Shown piece after piece: positions 61,233-64,000 of a stretch of DNA of 64,000 nt (within the stretch, counting starts at the first letter, position 1; every line of letters starts with the position of its first letter). The DNA is from Oikopleura dioica (lineage: Eukaryota; Animalia; Chordata), in the NCBI GenBank assembly GCA_907165135.1, contig OU015568.1, positions 13,020,001 through 13,084,000 on the forward strand. Direction: 5' to 3'. The translations under genes were made by a program, and so were the position numbers. Below the pieces are notes generated by a model that saw only the letters and a program-made list of their open reading frames with translations, did not search any database and was not told where the DNA came from.

Positions 61233-64000
61233 TTACAAGTGTCGCTGGATGTAGATTGGGCCAGAAGACATGCGATGAGTTGTGTTGGAAGGATCATCGG
61301 TGGCGGTTCTTCGACGACGACGAGCTCCGGTGCCACAGGTTGGCTGACACTCTTCAGCGGTTGGGTCGCAGAGATGGACATCACAGTGAAGATGAACCTG
61401 AAAGAGAGGTCAAAACCTTTAACGCTCAGGACTTCTCACAGTTGAATCGGGAGAGTCTGTCCACGTGAAAGAATTGATCCTGAAGATGGAAATTGGGTTG
61501 ACTCCATTTGAAATGATTTCAAGGTCGTCATCTTCAATCTCCTAAATAATTACATTAAATTCTGATTCAAATGAGATTTTTCAAACCCCTTCATCTCCAC
61601 ATCCACCAGTTATAAAGTCAAACGATGGTGATGAATCCGCAGCTGCGTCCGCTGTTGCCCAGCATCGATCGAGGGTGACAACAAAATTCGAGTCCTCATG
61701 AAGCCAAACTCGAATGTAAAACGGAGCTGGAGTAAAGAGAACGGAGTCGACAGTGATTGGAGTCTGGAAAAATTCATCTTCGTAAGCATCCATCTTCAAG
61801 GTGACGCTGCCTTTCTTTTCCGCAAGCACAACATCAACTGAGCTTGAGATGACGTTGATGCCTTGTTCTATTTATGCAGTTAAAAATTGAAAACATCTAT
61901 CTGGGTTTAAATTACGCTGACCTCAATGGTTTATTAGAGAAGCCTGATAGATCAAATAGTCAGTTTTACGACTTCGTCATAATTGTTAACATCTGATATT
62001 TTATGAATATGCAGTAAATCATATTTTTATTACGAAAACTCTGTTTTTTTTTTGTGGGAAAGAATATCCTATTGGCTAAATCAAAGTATCTTACACATAA
62101 AGATAGTTCTCTGTGCGGTTTTTGACCATAAAATCTGGTGAAAATTATTTTAAACCCACGAATATAAAAGTTATTGGTCCGGAAATGATGCAGCTCAAGG
62201 TTAGAAAACGATACGGGCTAAGTTTTAACTGCTTTTCCTATGCTTACAACGAGTGTCTCCGGGAAAATACATCCGAAGTCGACAATTGTTTCAGTTGTTC
62301 GCTCGATAATCCCAATGTGCTCTTTATGCTCGCTAAATGCTGAGATTAGGGCGGCGCAATTATCTGAAAATTACCTGTGAAGGGCATTCTGGTAGATCAA
62401 GTGTGTGCCATTGTCTTCATGAGCCATTCCGCAGCCTGTGAGATCGTCGTCAATGACAAATGTGACAGTGTCGTTGTCATAATTCACGAAAGGCTGGCAT
62501 CGGGCCGGATTATCAGAAGCCGAGGTTACGCTGTCGTCTGCTGAAAGAAAGAGATCTGGGATCTTTGCGTCTTCAAAGGCGCACTTTAAGACTTTTCAAA
62601 AAAACTGTAAATTATCGAAGCAACTATTTGCCCTATTGTCATAAATCTTTTGAAAGTTATTCCTTCGGAAAATGAGCGGAAATTCGTTTTGGATGACAGA
62701 AAATCGTCGCTTCCGTTAAATCACAAGTTGTAAACTCGGGCATACGCACACAGCGGTCACCCAAATGGTCGGGGCCGTCGCAGACGCAATCTTCTTCGTC
62801 GTCTGGATTTGTGACATATCCGCGGTCGCAAGTGCACGAGTACGTTCCATGAGAGTCGAGACATCGCTGTCCGACTTTGCACGAATTGAACAAATGTGAA
62901 CTACATTCGTCAAGGTTCTCGCATACCATGTCTGGAACAGATCCATCATACACAACCTACGATATTGTGAAGCGAAAGTTCAAGTTGTTATGCGTATTTT
63001 TGAAGGTTACGAATCATAACGGACAAAATATGTTAGCGAAGAATATAAAAGGGAGGTTAAAATACAGGAATATATCATACAGTTTTGTGTGCCTACAAAT
63101 CCTTTTAAAACCTTCTTATTGAAGCTTTTTATTGGCAGCCATCAAAAATATTTTGATAGCTTCTGTAGTGGCACTTGTGTTCGAGTATAGATGGTCATAA
63201 AATAGATGTTTTGTACTGCAATACCTTTGACGTTTCATTAAAGAAATTCAGAATATTTTCTGATTGATAAAAATCCTGTAAAATAACAAATAAAATTTTG
63301 CACTCTTTTCTTATCTATAAACTACCAACTTGAATTCAAAACCCACTCAATACCTTCAAATAATAAATAATCTTAATTTCGACTTAGCTTGAGATTTTTA
63401 TTGACTTACTCGTTCGTCTACCTTATTAGAAGTATCGTTGATGCTCACGAAACCACGATCACACACACAATAATTCACTGGTAGGTCATCAGAGTCTTTT
63501 CCGAAGGCGCAGTGTTGGTTGTCTCCGCATGTGACATCGATACACCCCGTACTCGGTCGGCAAGTGACGTCTGTCGCGTCCGTAGCAAAAATTCCAGTGG
63601 CGGATTCAGACCATGTACCATCTGTGAGAACGTAAGCGTCCGTGTTGTCGCTGCAGATGCACTTTGCTTCTCCGTTGTCGTCGAAGCAATCACTGCCGCT
63701 TGTTGAGCAGGTCACACCAAGGCACGGGTTATCCCTTTTCACGGTTTTACCGAAAGGCTGCTCTCAAAAGGGAAATTTAATATTTCGGTGACACCGTGCC
63801 TAACACATCCAACACCGTCCTCCCAGTTGACAAAGCCGTTTTCACAATGGCACTGCGCGCTTCCTGTACTTTCATCACAAAAGGCATGCACGCCACAGTC
63901 TCCCCCAGTCAATGTTTCTTTGTGTCGATCGCAGGCAGTTTCAAACTTGCAAGTGCTGTCGTAGCTGACTCCATTTATAGTTTGTGCGTCGTCGTTCTCC
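61233..64000 (-). CDS. 3' part of a secreted EGF-like repeat plus ZP-domain protein (runs off the window)
   Basis: EGF-like repeats (CENLDEC...CLDSHGTYSCTCDRGY). ZP motifs FVVTLDRCWAT and VHLHCDVHLCD...CQPTC, then an RRRRR furin-type site and SSGPIYI. Stop TAA at 61235-61233. Confidence 0.85.

Overview
Compact, gene-dense animal genomic DNA, most likely an appendicularian tunicate such as Oikopleura. This is inferred from 37-55 nt introns, GA-AG introns and operon-like 40-170 nt gaps between co-oriented genes. Genes in order: pecanex(-), CRNKL1(-), a C2H2 zinc-finger gene(+), a B-box/coiled-coil/Tudor-like gene(+), CLEC16A(+), a complex ASPH/junctin-like locus(+), GFM1, PUS3, MRPS28 and an LRP3/10/12-like gene (all -), a divergent nuclear receptor(+), an SH3-FN3-SH3 RIM-BP-like gene(+), GMDS, ECI1, an orphan gene and TRMT44 (all -), creatine kinase(+), and the 3' part of an EGF/ZP-domain gene(-). 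The region upstream of the ASPH core holds an antisense orphan gene and a 2.9 kb hAT-like element carrying 38 copies of a hairpin repeat. Three further MITE/foldback elements are present. The most notable hand-found signal is a set of non-canonical, mostly GA-AG introns that split conserved protein motifs and share a short GG(TT)...(AA)CC terminal inverted repeat, usually in a fixed register. A same-strand gene also sits inside the last TRMT44 intron. Several single-base frameshifts look like homopolymer assembly errors. All gene models were read by eye and no database searches were run.
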